Shown here: positions 9,294 through 20,428 of the stretch, piece by piece
Layout: every line of letters starts with the position of its first letter
Position numbering within the stretch: position 1 is the stretch's first letter
Assembly: GCA_963790475.1 (NCBI GenBank)
Contig: CAWBOS010000010.1
Location: forward strand, 1,312,001 to 1,376,000
DNA length: 64,000 nucleotides
Direction: 5' to 3'
Source: an uncultured delta proteobacterium
GTDB lineage: Bacteria; Desulfobacterota; RBG-13-43-22
Position numbers and translations under genes: made by a program
Notes under the pieces: model-generated
What the model saw: the letters and a program-made list of their open reading frames with translations, nothing else
Databases searched by the model: none
What the model was told of the DNA's origin: nothing

Positions 9294-10514
9294 ATGATCG
9301 TAAAACCTGAGGAAGTCGGATTGTCAGGTGAGCGCCTGACCCGGATCGACCAGCATCTCAAGAGGCGTTATATCGAACCCAAAAAAATTGCCGGAACCCT
9401 GACCCTGGTAGCCCGCCACGGCCAGGTCGCCTATCTCTCCCCTCTGGGTCTTATGGATATGGAACGGCAAAAGCCTATGACCGAAGACACCATATTCCGC
9501 ATCTACTCCATGACCAAACCGATCACCTCCGTGGCCTTGATGATGTTGTATGAAGAGGGGTATTTTCAATTGGACGATGAAGTTTATAAACACATCCCGG
9601 AATGGAGAAATCTTCAGGTCTATGCCTCCGGGAATTATCCCCTGTTTCTCACCCAACGCCCGGAACGGTCTATGACTATCCGCGACCTGATGACCCACAC
9701 CTCCGGTCTAACCTACCACTTTATGGAAAGAACCAATGTTGACGCCGCTTATCGCCAGCTCGGCATAGGAGTTGTGGGCGGCCCCAGTACACTTCGAGAG
9801 ATGATCGAGAAATTAGCCTTCCTGCCCTTGGAGTTTTCACCCGGAACAAGATGGAACTACTCGGTCTCCACCGACGTCCTCGGGTATCTGGTGGAGGTGA
9901 TGTCCGGGATGAGGTTCGATGAATATTTAAAGAAAAAGATATTCGAACCGTTGAAGATGGCTGACACGGGTTTCTATGTGCCTCCGGAAAAATTAGACCG
10001 TTTTGCCGCCAATTACAGCCGGCAGCCGGACAAAACCATTAAAGTGGAAGATGATCCTGGTAACAGCACCTACTCCAAACCGCCGACCTTTTTTTCCGGT
10101 GGCGGGGGTCTCGTTTCAACCGCTGCCGATTATTATCGCTTTTGCAAGATGCTGCTCAACCGTGGAGAGCTGGACGGCGCCCGCATCCTGGGACGTAAAA
10201 CCATCGAGTTGATGACCATGAATCATCTACCCGGGGGAAAGGACATGAGTGAACTGTCCGTCAGCACCTTCACCCAGGTTGCCACGGCGGGAACCGGATT
10301 CGGTCTGGGCTTTTCGGTCCATCTCGGGTCCGACAAATCTCAGGTGATCGGCTCTGTTGGGGAATACGCCTGGGGCGGGGCAGCCAGCACGGCCTTCTGG
10401 ATCGATCCGTTGGAAGACTTGATCGTTATTTTTCTTACCCAGTTTATGCCCAATGCCACCTTCAACTTTCGAAACCAATTGAAGGCCATTATCTATCCGG
10501 CGATTCTGGATTAG
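9294..10514 (+). CDS. Serine hydrolase, beta-lactamase class C / esterase VIII family
   Basis: SMTK (SxxK), LMTHTSGL, PGTRWNYS, WGG motif. Confidence 0.9.
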   Translation: MIVKPEEVGLSGERLTRIDQHLKRRYIEPKKIAGTLTLVARHGQVAYLSPLGLMDMERQKPMTEDTIFRIYSMTKPITSVALMMLYEEGYFQLDDEVYKHIPEWRNLQVYASGNYPLFLTQRPERSMTIRDLMTHTSGLTYHFMERTNVDAAYRQLGIGVVGGPSTLREMIEKLAFLPLEFSPGTRWNYSVSTDVLGYLVEVMSGMRFDEYLKKKIFEPLKMADTGFYVPPEKLDRFAANYSRQPDKTIKVEDDPGNSTYSKPPTFFSGGGGLVSTAADYYRFCKMLLNRGELDGARILGRKTIELMTMNHLPGGKDMSELSVSTFTQVATAGTGFGLGFSVHLGSDKSQVIGSVGEYAWGGAASTAFWIDPLEDLIVIFLTQFMPNATFNFRNQLKAIIYPAILD

Positions 10515-10580
10515 ACTTTTTATAGAATTCCCTATAGTCTTTTATCTGTCCCACTTCAACACTCATCTTACTGGGAAGGC

Positions 10581-11111
10581 ATGAAGGAGAATCTCACAGA
10601 AAAGCGGGTTGAAATCCCGCTTTCTGCCAATACGATTTGTAAAAAAATTGCAGAAGCTCAAGATTCTTTTGCCCTTTGGGGAGAAGCTTTGCAGAGGGAC
10701 CCGCACATCGTTTCACTTTTGAAAAGTTCGGAGTTAAAGATTGCCGCATCCGCTAAGGCCGTTCACGATTCTGGCGTTTTCGCCCTCTGCCAGCACTGTT
10801 CCGATGAGGATGGGGAGAGTTGTTGCGGGTCGGGCATCGAGAACAAATACACCCCCCGGCTTCTTTTGATAAACCTTCTCCTTGGGGTAACTCTCCCGGA
10901 AAAGCGTCTTTGGTCAAAGGGCTGTTTCTTCCTTTCGGAAAACGGCTGCGGCCTTAAAATACGGCAGGTGTTGTGCGTCAACTACCTTTGCCTTAAGATC
11001 CAGAGGATGCTGCCTTCAGACGTTCTTGTAACCTTACAGCGAATTACCGGCGAGGAAATGGATGCGGGGTTTATCCTCCACGAGGCAGTCAAAAAATTCA
11101 TTGGGGATTAA
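10581..11111 (+). CDS. Cys-rich hypothetical protein (possible Fe-S or Zn binding)
   Basis: CxxC..CC..C..C..C..C pattern in 176 aa. Confidence 0.6.
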   Translation: MKENLTEKRVEIPLSANTICKKIAEAQDSFALWGEALQRDPHIVSLLKSSELKIAASAKAVHDSGVFALCQHCSDEDGESCCGSGIENKYTPRLLLINLLLGVTLPEKRLWSKGCFFLSENGCGLKIRQVLCVNYLCLKIQRMLPSDVLVTLQRITGEEMDAGFILHEAVKKFIGD

Positions 11112-11315
11112 CTAAGGGGCAAGTAAATATTCTACAAAAATAGGCCGGGCGGCGATTCTGTTCTTTATCTCATTTAAATTCCGGCCTCCGCTTCCTGCCA
11201 GGACAAATACAAACAGAGCACCTTGCTCGACCGAGGCGTCCGGGTAAGCAATAAAAGTGCTCTCCCAATCATCGGTACTCAATGCAAAAGTTACCTAATT
11301 TTCTTAATTTTCCCC

Positions 11316-11344
11316 TTGACCCTCTCTTTTTCCTGTTTTATACT
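11316..11344 (+). promoter_or_regulatory. Strong sigma70 promoter at the head of the STAND array
   Basis: TTGACC(11316-21)-17 bp-TATACT(11339-44), AT-rich upstream. Confidence 0.65.
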
Positions 11345-11398
11345 CCCGCAACCCAAAACGATTAATTGCTGTTAACCAACTTTTGAGGAGTTGGCGAA

Positions 11399-11539
11399 AT
11401 GCAGTGTCCTAAGTGCCTGTTCGATAATCCCGAGGGGGCCAAGTTTTGTAATGCCTATGGGGACCCTTCCTCCCTCCCTATCTCCCCGTCTTGTTCCTTG
11501 CTTCAAATAACCCCCAACTCACGGAGAAGGGTTGTTTGA
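11399..11539 (+). pseudogene. 5' stub of a zinc-ribbon STAND gene
   Basis: GAGGAG RBS then MQCPKCLFDNPEGAKFCNAYG, matching the paralogue N-termini (MRCPACGHENLDGAKFCNECG), then unrelated sequence and a stop at codon 47. Confidence 0.75.
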
Positions 11540-11543
11540 AAAA

Positions 11544-12236
11544 ATGAAAATAAATCTCTTCGCCTCCATCATTCTCATCCTCATTTCCATTTTAATTCTA
11601 ATCATTCACCATATCACCCAGGCGGAATTTTTGCTTCACCTTGCCGCCATTCCTATCGAGGTCCTCGTGGCCGTTATCATCGTAGAGCAGTTTCTGGAAC
11701 ACAGAGAAAGTCAGGAAAAGCGCCGACAGATGATGTATATCAAGAGCTACATGTTCCGCTCCGAGATGCGTAATCTTTTTATTGCCGATTTCGCCGCCCT
11801 CAAGTCACCCCCGGTCACCTTTGAGAAGATCAGAAGGGCCTCCCTTCAGGAATTGAAGGAATTCAGGAAAAGCGCCAAGATCGTAGAGTATAAGTCTCCG
11901 GAGGCCATGGAGTCCGTAATACAGGAATATGTCAGGGCATTTCACGTCTGGCACAGTTTTTTGGAGCGAGCCATGAATTACGGTTTTGAGAACGTGTTCC
12001 AGGATATGATCTTTATCATCCACTTTATTCATACGGTTAAGAATTTTAAGGAAAAGAACCCGAATAAATTATTTATCGATGAGGCGGCCGGCAACGGGGT
12101 CCTTTTCGAGAGTTCGGTAAAGGTGTTGGGCGATGGTATTCGCTCTTTTCTCGATTACACCCTTGAGCTTAAGGAAAAGCAGCCGAAACTCTTTGACGAG
12201 GTGTTGTCGGACTATGAACGTCCATCAAGAGGATAA
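11544..12236 (+). CDS. Hypothetical membrane protein (2 N-terminal TM helices plus a soluble helical domain)
   Basis: ORF of about 230 aa with a hydrophobic N-terminus; no recognised motif. Confidence 0.65.
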   Translation: MKINLFASIILILISILILIIHHITQAEFLLHLAAIPIEVLVAVIIVEQFLEHRESQEKRRQMMYIKSYMFRSEMRNLFIADFAALKSPPVTFEKIRRASLQELKEFRKSAKIVEYKSPEAMESVIQEYVRAFHVWHSFLERAMNYGFENVFQDMIFIIHFIHTVKNFKEKNPNKLFIDEAAGNGVLFESSVKVLGDGIRSFLDYTLELKEKQPKLFDEVLSDYERPSRG

Positions 12237-12314
12237 AGCTGCTCAAGGTTTTCATATAAGACTTTGGTCTTGGCCTGAATTATTTTTACAAATCCGTAAA
12301 TATCAGGAGAAAAA

Positions 12315-15300
12315 ATGAGATGTCCGGCCTGCGGTCATGAGAATTTGGATGGTGCCAAATTTTGTAATGAATGCGGGGCAAAACTTGAGCTGGCCTGTCC
12401 CCGGTGCGGGAAGGTAAATCCCCCGGGAAGCAAATTCTGCTGTGAGTGTGGGCAACCCTTGTCTGCGCCTCAGGAATCACACCCGCCAAAAAGCCTTCCG
12501 GAGAAATGGCCCCAGCCCTACCCCTTTCCCTTGCCCAAAGAATTATCCGAGAAGATCCTGGCCCAGAAGGGCCGGATCGAAGGGGAGCGCCGGCAGGTCA
12601 CGGTCATGTTCTGCGACCTGGAGGGCTCCACCGCCCTGACCGAGAAGCTTGGGGACGAAAGGGCCTTTTCACTCATCGACGAAATCTTCGATATCTTAAC
12701 CCAGCAGGTCCACAGATATGAGGGGACGGTCCAGGAGTTCCGGGGAGACGGCATCATGGCCCTTTTCGGCGCCCCCATTGCTTTGGAAAATGCCGCCCAG
12801 CGGGCTATTCGCTCGGCCTTGGCCATCCACCAGGAGGTGACCAAGTTCGGCCACCAGATTCAGGAGGGAACCAGGGGGACGGGGATTCACATGCGGATCG
12901 GGATCCACACCGGCCCGGTCGTCCTGGGCACCATCGGCAGCGACCTGCGTCTGGAATTCCAAGTCATCGGCGATACGGTAAACCTCGCGGCCCGGATGGA
13001 AAGCCTGGCCGAGCCAGGAAGCACCTATGTGACGAATGATACCTTTAAGCTCACTGAAGGGCTCTTTCGCTTTGAAGGCCTGGGGGAAAAGCTGGTCAAG
13101 GGGAAAGAGACGCCGGTCCGGGTCTATCGGGTCATCGCTCCCAGCAGCCATAGCACGCGGTTCGATGTCAGCGCCGAGCAAGGCCTTACGCCATTCGTGG
13201 GCCGCCTGCGGGAAAGAGAGCTGTTACTGGATGCCTTTGAGCGGGCCCGTGATGGCCGAGGCCAAGCGGTCTCTATCGTTTCCGAGGCCGGGATGGGTAA
13301 ATCACGCCTGCTCTATGAGTTCCGGAAAGCCGTGCTCAACGAGGACATTACTTTTCTGGAAGGCAAATGCCTTTCCTTCAGCCGTGGCGTGGCCTATCAG
13401 CCCATTGCCGACATCCTCAAATCGAACTTCGATATCCGGGAGGATGACTGGGACCCGGCGATCAAAAATAAGGTCAAACAAGGCTTGCAGACCATCAAGA
13501 TGGGAGAAGGTCCTGCCCTGCCCTATCTTCTGGAGCTTCTCTCGGCCAAAGACAGCGGCATTGAAAAGATCCAACTCAGCCCCGAGGGGAAGAAGGATCG
13601 AACCATGGATACGCTCAAAAAAATTATACTGAAGGGCTCCGAAATGCGCCCACTGGTCATAGCCATCGAGGACCTCCATTGGATCGATAAAACTTCGGAA
13701 GACCTCCTGAAATATCTTTTGGGAAGCATCGCCGGGGCCAGGATACTCTTTATCCTCACCTACCGGCCCGAGTTTATTCCCACCTGGGGCCCCCGCTCTT
13801 ATCATAACCAACTTCTTCTTAACCGCCTCTCCAACCGGGAGAGTCTTCTCATGGCCCAGCACATCCTGGACACCAGGCAACTGGAAAGTGCTTTGGAAGA
13901 AGTGATCCTGGAAAAAACCGAAGGGGTCCCCTTCTTTGTCGAGGAGTTTATCAAATCCTTGAAGGACCTGGACATCATCGAGAAAAAAAATCAGACCTAC
14001 CGCATCACCAAGGAGCTTCAGACAGTCCGCATCCCTTCCACTATCCAGGACATCATCATGGCCAGGGTGGATGCCCTGCCCGAGGGGGCCAAGGAAGTGC
14101 TTCAGGTGGGCTCTCTCATCGAGCGTGAGTTCGCTTATAAGCTGATCAAGGCGGTTATGCACCTGCCCGAGGAGGAACTCCTCCGAAGGCTTTCAATTCT
14201 CAAAGATGCGGAACTGCTTTACGAGCGGGGCCTATTTCCTGATTCGACCTTCATCTTTAAACATGCCCTGACCCGGGAAGTGATCTACGGCACCCTCCTG
14301 GAGGGAAAGAAGAAAGAGATCCACGGAGAAATCGGTTGGGCAATCGAGGAATTATATAGTGATAATATAGATGAGTACTGCGGCCTATTAGCAGAGCATT
14401 ATAGGGCGAACGAAAATTATTTGAAAGCCTCGATTAATTACCAGACGGCTGCCAGAAAACCGGCCAGAGCCGTTTCATTTACCAATGCCGTTTCTTTGGC
14501 TGAGAAGGGGTTGATCTGTCTGGAGAAGCTGCCTCGGACAGACGAGGTAGGAAGGAAGATCGTCGATGCCAGGACAACGCTTGGACTTTATTTTATTCAG
14601 TTACAACACTTCGACACCGCCAAGAAAATCATCGACCCCGTGGTCGAACCGGCCTTAAAGCATGATTACCGGCGAAGACTTTCTCAAATTTATACGGTGC
14701 TTGGTATCCATAGTCATTTAATCGCGGAGGACTATCCCCAGGCTATTGAATATTTGGAAAAGGCCATAAAGATGGCCGAAGAGATGGATGATTTTGTTTC
14801 TTTGATATTTGCCCAACATTATTTAGGACATGTTTTCGCGGATAATTGCCTTTTCGACCAAGGCCTGTATTATATAGGAAAGGCCTTGAAGATCGTCGAA
14901 ACCTTTAACGTCCCCTGGAGTATAGCCATGCACAAGGCCTGTATCGCTTATACCATCTATTGTTCTCAGGGGAAAATCGGATTGGCCTATGAGACCGGCA
15001 GGGAGGCCTTATTATTGGCTGAAGAAAGCGGCGATATACTCTCAAAAGCCGAGGCCTATACCAACCATGGGGCCTGCTGTTTCTTTAAAGGATTCCTGGA
15101 GGAAGCGGAGGAGAATCTCTTAAAGGGGATTGATTTTAGTGCCAAAGCCCAATTATTTGGCCAAGGATTTGTGGCCCATTTATCTTTGGGAATGGTCCAT
15201 TCTCGCAATGGTAATTATGGAAAGGCCATAAACTATTTTGGGAAGGCCATCGAGTTTGAGAAATTCGGCACTCTCACCCCTTCCTATTTTAATTTGGCTC

Positions 15301-15680
15301 AGATAGCTCTTGTTTCAGCCAAGGTGATGAACCATGAGAAAGATATCGATTTAGAGCTTTTACCCGTCCATATGTCCCATAACAAAATTAAGAGATTTGA
15401 TAGCTTCTTTAGGAAACGTTTAAGCGAGATTTTTATAAACATTGATGGCGATCATTGGTCGGACGCTGAAAATTGGCTTAAGCAGGCCATTGAAATTGAC
15501 AAGAACAACGGGGTTATTTCTGAGTTGGGCCTGGATTATGTCCTTTACGCTGAATTATCCAGGCATAAAGGAGATCGTTCAAAGGCCAAAGAGCTTCTCG
15601 GAAAGGCCATAGAACTTTTTAAAGAATGCGAGGCCGACGGCTGGGAGAAGAAATATGAGAAGGAGATGGCCGAGATGTGA
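12315..15680 (+). CDS. STAND protein 1: double zinc ribbon + class III nucleotide cyclase + AAA/STAND ATPase + TPR
   Basis: 4 CxxC; VMFCD, EFRGDG, GDTVNLAAR; Walker A SEAGMGKS, Walker B IEDLHW, EGVPFF, FKHAL; TPR-like tail. Confidence 0.92.
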   Translation: MRCPACGHENLDGAKFCNECGAKLELACPRCGKVNPPGSKFCCECGQPLSAPQESHPPKSLPEKWPQPYPFPLPKELSEKILAQKGRIEGERRQVTVMFCDLEGSTALTEKLGDERAFSLIDEIFDILTQQVHRYEGTVQEFRGDGIMALFGAPIALENAAQRAIRSALAIHQEVTKFGHQIQEGTRGTGIHMRIGIHTGPVVLGTIGSDLRLEFQVIGDTVNLAARMESLAEPGSTYVTNDTFKLTEGLFRFEGLGEKLVKGKETPVRVYRVIAPSSHSTRFDVSAEQGLTPFVGRLRERELLLDAFERARDGRGQAVSIVSEAGMGKSRLLYEFRKAVLNEDITFLEGKCLSFSRGVAYQPIADILKSNFDIREDDWDPAIKNKVKQGLQTIKMGEGPALPYLLELLSAKDSGIEKIQLSPEGKKDRTMDTLKKIILKGSEMRPLVIAIEDLHWIDKTSEDLLKYLLGSIAGARILFILTYRPEFIPTWGPRSYHNQLLLNRLSNRESLLMAQHILDTRQLESALEEVILEKTEGVPFFVEEFIKSLKDLDIIEKKNQTYRITKELQTVRIPSTIQDIIMARVDALPEGAKEVLQVGSLIEREFAYKLIKAVMHLPEEELLRRLSILKDAELLYERGLFPDSTFIFKHALTREVIYGTLLEGKKKEIHGEIGWAIEELYSDNIDEYCGLLAEHYRANENYLKASINYQTAARKPARAVSFTNAVSLAEKGLICLEKLPRTDEVGRKIVDARTTLGLYFIQLQHFDTAKKIIDPVVEPALKHDYRRRLSQIYTVLGIHSHLIAEDYPQAIEYLEKAIKMAEEMDDFVSLIFAQHYLGHVFADNCLFDQGLYYIGKALKIVETFNVPWSIAMHKACIAYTIYCSQGKIGLAYETGREALLLAEESGDILSKAEAYTNHGACCFFKGFLEEAEENLLKGIDFSAKAQLFGQGFVAHLSLGMVHSRNGNYGKAINYFGKAIEFEKFGTLTPSYFNLAQIALVSAKVMNHEKDIDLELLPVHMSHNKIKRFDSFFRKRLSEIFINIDGDHWSDAENWLKQAIEIDKNNGVISELGLDYVLYAELSRHKGDRSKAKELLGKAIELFKECEADGWEKKYEKEMAEM

Positions 15681-15803
15681 TTACCTGTTTATGAGGTTAT
15701 AGGGGTTAATGCAAAAATCACACAACTACGTCTACTAAGGGAGCAAAAAAATAAACACCCCTTTCCTAAAGGGGGATAGCGATTGGACATATTTGCATCC
15801 GGA

Positions 15804-15832
15804 TTGACAATTTGGACAACTTAAGATAATCT
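15804..15832 (+). promoter_or_regulatory. Sigma70 promoter, probably giving a leaderless mRNA
   Basis: TTGACA(15804-09)-17 bp-TAATCT(15827-32); ATG starts 7 nt later with no SD. Confidence 0.5.
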
Positions 15833-15838
15833 CCGTCC

Positions 15839-17008
15839 ATGATCAAAAGAATTTTAGAAAAAAAGCTGGTGGCTCTCTCCGGGCAGTTCCCTGTCGTCAC
15901 CCTGACGGGACCACGACAATCGGGAAAGACAACCCTGGTACAGCAGGCATTTCCTGATTGGGAGTATGTCTCCCTGGAGGAGTTGGATAACCGTGAGTTT
16001 GCGGAGCAAGATCCGCGCGGGTTCCTTTCCACTTACTCTCAAAAAGTGTTGATTGATGAGGCCCAAAGGGTACCATCCCTTTTTTCCTATCTTCAAGGAG
16101 TGGTCGACCGGCTCAACCGACCGGGCCAGTACATCTTAACCGGCTCCCAGAATTTTTTGCTCCATGAAAGAATTTCCCAATCCTTAGCCGGCCGCACCGC
16201 CGTCCTGAAACTGCTTCCCCTGAGCCTGGAAGAGCTTCCTAAGGGGAGGACACCCGGCAAGAATTACTACGCCTTCCTTTTCCGGGGGTTTTATCCCCGG
16301 CTGTATGCCCAAACCGTTTCTCCCACCGATTGGTATAGGAGCTATGTTCAGACCTACCTGGAAAGGGATCTCCGCCTGATCAAGAACATCCCCGACTTGG
16401 GGCTGTTCCAAAAATTTGTGCGCCTTTGCGCCGGACGGGTCGGACAAGTGCTGAACCTGAGTTCCCTGGCCCAGGATACCGGCATCAGCCCCAATACCGC
16501 CCGGTCCTGGATCTCTTTATTGGAAAGCAGTTACCTGGTGTTTCTACTTCAGCCCCACTTCCGCAACTTTAACAAGCGCCTCATTAAAATGCCGAAACTC
16601 TATTTTTACGATCCCGGATTAGCCTGCTATCTCCTGGGAATCGAAACCCCGGAGCAGGTCAAAACGCATTTTCTGAAAGGAGCCCTTTTTGAGTCTCTGA
16701 TCATTTCGGAATTGATCAAGTATCGGGTTCATCGCGGCTTGGAAGCCAACTGTTATTATTGGAGGGACAAGGTCGGCCATGAAGTTGACTGCCTCCTTGA
16801 TTTCGGGGAACGGCTGGTCCCCTTGGAAATCAAATCCGGGGAAACCATCACCTCCGGCTTTTTTGAAGGGCTGAATTACTGGAATCGTCTGGCCAAGGCA
16901 GATCCCCGTCATGCCTTTCTGATTTATGCCGGTTCCAAGAAAGAAGAAAGAAGCCAGGGACGGGTTTTGAGCTGGGGTAAGATTCAGGATGTTTTTAATG
17001 TGGTTTAG
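15839..17008 (+). CDS. AAA+ ATPase with DUF4143 and a C-terminal PD-(D/E)xK-like motif
   Basis: GPRQSGKT, LIDEAQ, LTGS, SLAGR, PKLYFYDPGL, EVD...LEIKS. Confidence 0.9.
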   Translation: MIKRILEKKLVALSGQFPVVTLTGPRQSGKTTLVQQAFPDWEYVSLEELDNREFAEQDPRGFLSTYSQKVLIDEAQRVPSLFSYLQGVVDRLNRPGQYILTGSQNFLLHERISQSLAGRTAVLKLLPLSLEELPKGRTPGKNYYAFLFRGFYPRLYAQTVSPTDWYRSYVQTYLERDLRLIKNIPDLGLFQKFVRLCAGRVGQVLNLSSLAQDTGISPNTARSWISLLESSYLVFLLQPHFRNFNKRLIKMPKLYFYDPGLACYLLGIETPEQVKTHFLKGALFESLIISELIKYRVHRGLEANCYYWRDKVGHEVDCLLDFGERLVPLEIKSGETITSGFFEGLNYWNRLAKADPRHAFLIYAGSKKEERSQGRVLSWGKIQDVFNVV

Positions 17009-17025
17009 ACTCATGGAGAAAGTCG

Positions 17026-20000
17026 ATGAAATGTCTGAAATGCCATACGGAGAATCCTGAGACCAAAAAGTTTTGCACGGAGTGTGGAGCAAAGCTTTCA
17101 CTGATTTGCCCTCATTGTAAGGCAGAGGTCCTGCCGACAGAAAAATTTTGTGGTGAGTGCGGGCACCCTTTATCCGTTCCTCCCAAGACAACCCCCAAAC
17201 CACTCCCCTCTATTGATGAAAAGATTGCCAAAATCCAGCATTATCTTCCCAAGGATCTGGCTGACAAAATCTTACTGCAGCGGGAGCGGATCGAGGGGGA
17301 GCGCAAGCAAGTGACGGTGCTGTTCACCGACATGGTGGGCTCCACCTCCATGTCGGAGAAACTCGATCCCGAAGAGTCCTTCGGCCTGATGGAACAGGTT
17401 TATGAGATCCTCATCCGAACGGTCAATGAGTACGGGGGAACGGTGAACGAGCTGACCGGCGACGGGGTCATGGCCCTCTTCGGCGCCCCCATCGCCCTGG
17501 AGGACGCGCCCCAGCGGGCTATCCGGGCCAGCCTGAGCATCCACCGGGAGCTGGTCCAGTTCAACGAAAAGATGCGCCGAGAGAAAGCCGGTCTGCCCTT
17601 GCTGCGGATGCGGGCCGGGATCAACACCGGACCGGTGGTGATGGGCACCCTGGGTAATGACCTGCGGGTCGATTTCAAGGTCGCCGGCGATACGGTCAAT
17701 CTGGCCTCTCGTATGGAAGGCCTGGCCGAGCCCGGCACCACGTATGTTACCGCTGAGACCTTCAAACTCACCGAGGGGTTCTTTCGCTTTGAAGGATTAG
17801 GGAAGAAAGAAATCAAAGGCAAGGCCGAGCCCATCGAGGTCTTTCGGGTCATTGCCCCCAGCAACCGCAGGACCCGCTTTGATGTGAACGCCGAACAGGG
17901 ACTGACCCCATTCATAGGTCGTCAGCGCGAACTCGAACTTTTGCTCGATGTTTACACCCGGGCCAAAAGCGGCCGGGGCCAGGCCATTTCCATCGTGGCC
18001 GACGCCGGCATGGGCAAGAGCCGGCTGCTCTACGAGTTTCGCAAAGCCCTGGCCAATGAGGAGGTGAACTTTCTGGAAGGCAAATGCCTCTCTTACAGCC
18101 GGGGAGTGGCCTATCACCCGGTGATCGACCTGCTGAAAGGGCAGTTTGACCTCCGGGAAAACGACGGCGACTTTGAGGTGCGGGACAAGGTCAAACGAAA
18201 CCTGAAACTCCTGCAAATTGACGAAATCACCACCCTGCCCTATTTTCTTGAGCTTCTTTCGGTCAAAGACAGCGGCCTGGACCGAATTTCTTTAAGCCCG
18301 GAAGGCAAGAGAGACCAGACCCTTCAGGCCCTGACCCGCTTCGTTCTCAAGGGGGCCGAGATCCAGCCTCTGATCCTGGCCGTGGAAGACCTTCACTGGA
18401 TCGACCGGAGCTCCGAAGAGGTCTTGAAAGACCTCCTGGAACACATTGCCGGGGCCAGGGTATTGCTGATCTTCACCTACCGGACCGAGTACGTCCACAC
18501 CTGGGGGTCCCGCTCCTTTCACAGCCAGGTCACCTTAAACCGGCTCTCCAACCGGGAAGCATTGGCCATGGTCTCTCATCTTTTAGCCACGGAAAGCGTG
18601 GCCGAGAACCTTCAGGACCTCATCTTGGAGAAGACCGAAGGGGTTCCCTTCTTTATCGAAGAGTTTTTGAAGTCCCTCAAGGACCTCCAGGTCATCCGCC
18701 GGCAAGACACGGTTTACGCCCTGACCAAAGACCCCAAAGACGTTACCATCCCTTCCACCATCCAGGACGTGATTATGGCCAGGGTCGATGCCCTGCCCGA
18801 AGGGGCTAAAGAGCTCTTGCAGACAGGGTCGGTCATCGAGCGCGAGTTTTCCCATGAACTTATTCAAAAGGTAACCAAACTCTCTGAATCGGACCTCCTG
18901 ACCCATCTCTCGGCCCTTAAGGATGCCGAGCTCCTCTACGAGCGGGGGGTGTACCCGAACTCCACTTACATCTTTAAACATGCCCTGACCCGAGAGGTGG
19001 TTTATGACTCGATCCTGACCAGAAGGCGCAAGGAAATTCATGCCACCGTGGCCGAGGCCATGGAGCAAATTTATCAACCCAACCTTGATGAACACCTGGG
19101 CACCCTTTGCCATCACTTTATGACCGGGGATAACTACGAGAAAGGCGAGACCTACGCCAGGCTGGCCGTTCAAAAGGCGCAGAAGGCCGGCTCATTGCCG
19201 GATGCCATCAATCAATCCAAGAAAAGAATCGCCTGTCTTGAGAAATTGCCTCTGGCCGAAGAGGTTCAAAGAAAAATAATAGACGCCCGGACAATTATGG
19301 CCCTCCGCCTGATTGAACTCAATCATTTTATTGAAGCCAAAGAAGCTATTGACCCGATTATCGACCTTGTCAAAAAGCTGAATTATAAAAAGCGTCTTGG
19401 CCAGGTGATAACCATTATTGGATCATATCAATCTAGTGTGGAAGAAAATTTCCCGGCAGCCTTTCAATCTTTCGAAAAGGCCTTAACTCTTTCGCAGGAA
19501 GCAAATGACATCGTAACTTCAGTTTTTTTAAATTATTGGCATGGAGTAACTTTGGCCAACAACTGCGAATTTGAAAAGGCCACCGGCCTCATGCAAAAGG
19601 CCGTTGACATAAATGTGGCAGCCAAAAATTTATGGGGGATCGCATCCACTCAAGCCACTTTTGCCTATTTATGTTTTTTCTTGTCCGGAAGGATAGATTT
19701 GGGATTCCGGACCTCGGCCGAAGCCGTTCAAATAGCTGAAGAGAGCGGAGATGGTTATTCCAAAGGTGTAGCTTATGCTTGCCACGGCGTTTCCTGCTTT
19801 GGGCGGGGATTATTCGAAGAAGCAGAAAAGTATTTTTTAAAAGGCATCGCCTTTTGTGAAAGGGTCAATCAACCGACTTTTAACTTGCTCGAACATTGTT
19901 ATTTGGGTGAGATCAATTTTGAAAAAGGAAATTTTTTAAAATCAGAAGAATGGTATAGGAAGCATACCAGATTGTGAAAGAGGGCCGCATATTTCCTTCT

Positions 20001-20396
20001 TTCTTGGGTTGGGGAAAATCAAGATTGCTGAAGACAAAGAGTATGATCGATCCAAAGAATATCGACCTGGAATCTCTTTATGTCTATTCTAAAAATAATA
20101 AAATCAAAGCCTACCAAGGTTTGATTTCCATTGATATCGGGGCCATTCTAATGAATCTGGATGGATGTCTGCCCGAAGCCGAAATTTGGATTCAAAAGGC
20201 CATTGAGGAAGACCAAAGAAACGGCACGCGGTTTTTTTTAGGAAGAGACTACGCCCTTTACGCCGAATGGTTCAAACGAAAGGGCGATCGATCCCAGACC
20301 CGGGAAAACCTGGGGAGAGCCATAGAAATTTTAAAAGAGTGCGGCGCCGATGGCTGGGTGGAAAAATATGAGAAGGAGCTAACCGCACTGCAATAG
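17026..20396 (+). CDS. STAND protein 2: DZR + cyclase + ATPase + TPR, split by a 1 bp frameshift near 19961 (ORFs 17026-19977 and 19974-20396)
   Basis: Same motifs (VLFTD, ELTGDG, ADAGMGKS, VEDLHW); restoring one G gives EWYRKAYQIVKEGRIF and joins the ORF ending ADGWVEKYEKELTALQ like the paralogues. Confidence 0.88.
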
Positions 20397-20428
20397 ATGA
20401 ACTGAATTCTGACTACCGGAGGTAGAAA

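Noticed and set aside
9294-10514. True beta-lactamase resistance genes (also 34831-36033)
   Set aside because: No signal peptides; the motifs fit cytoplasmic family VIII esterase-like hydrolases
19955-19980. Programmed frameshift or selenocysteine read-through in STAND 2
   Set aside because: The continuation is in another frame, there is no slippery heptamer, and one missing G restores the paralogue-like sequence
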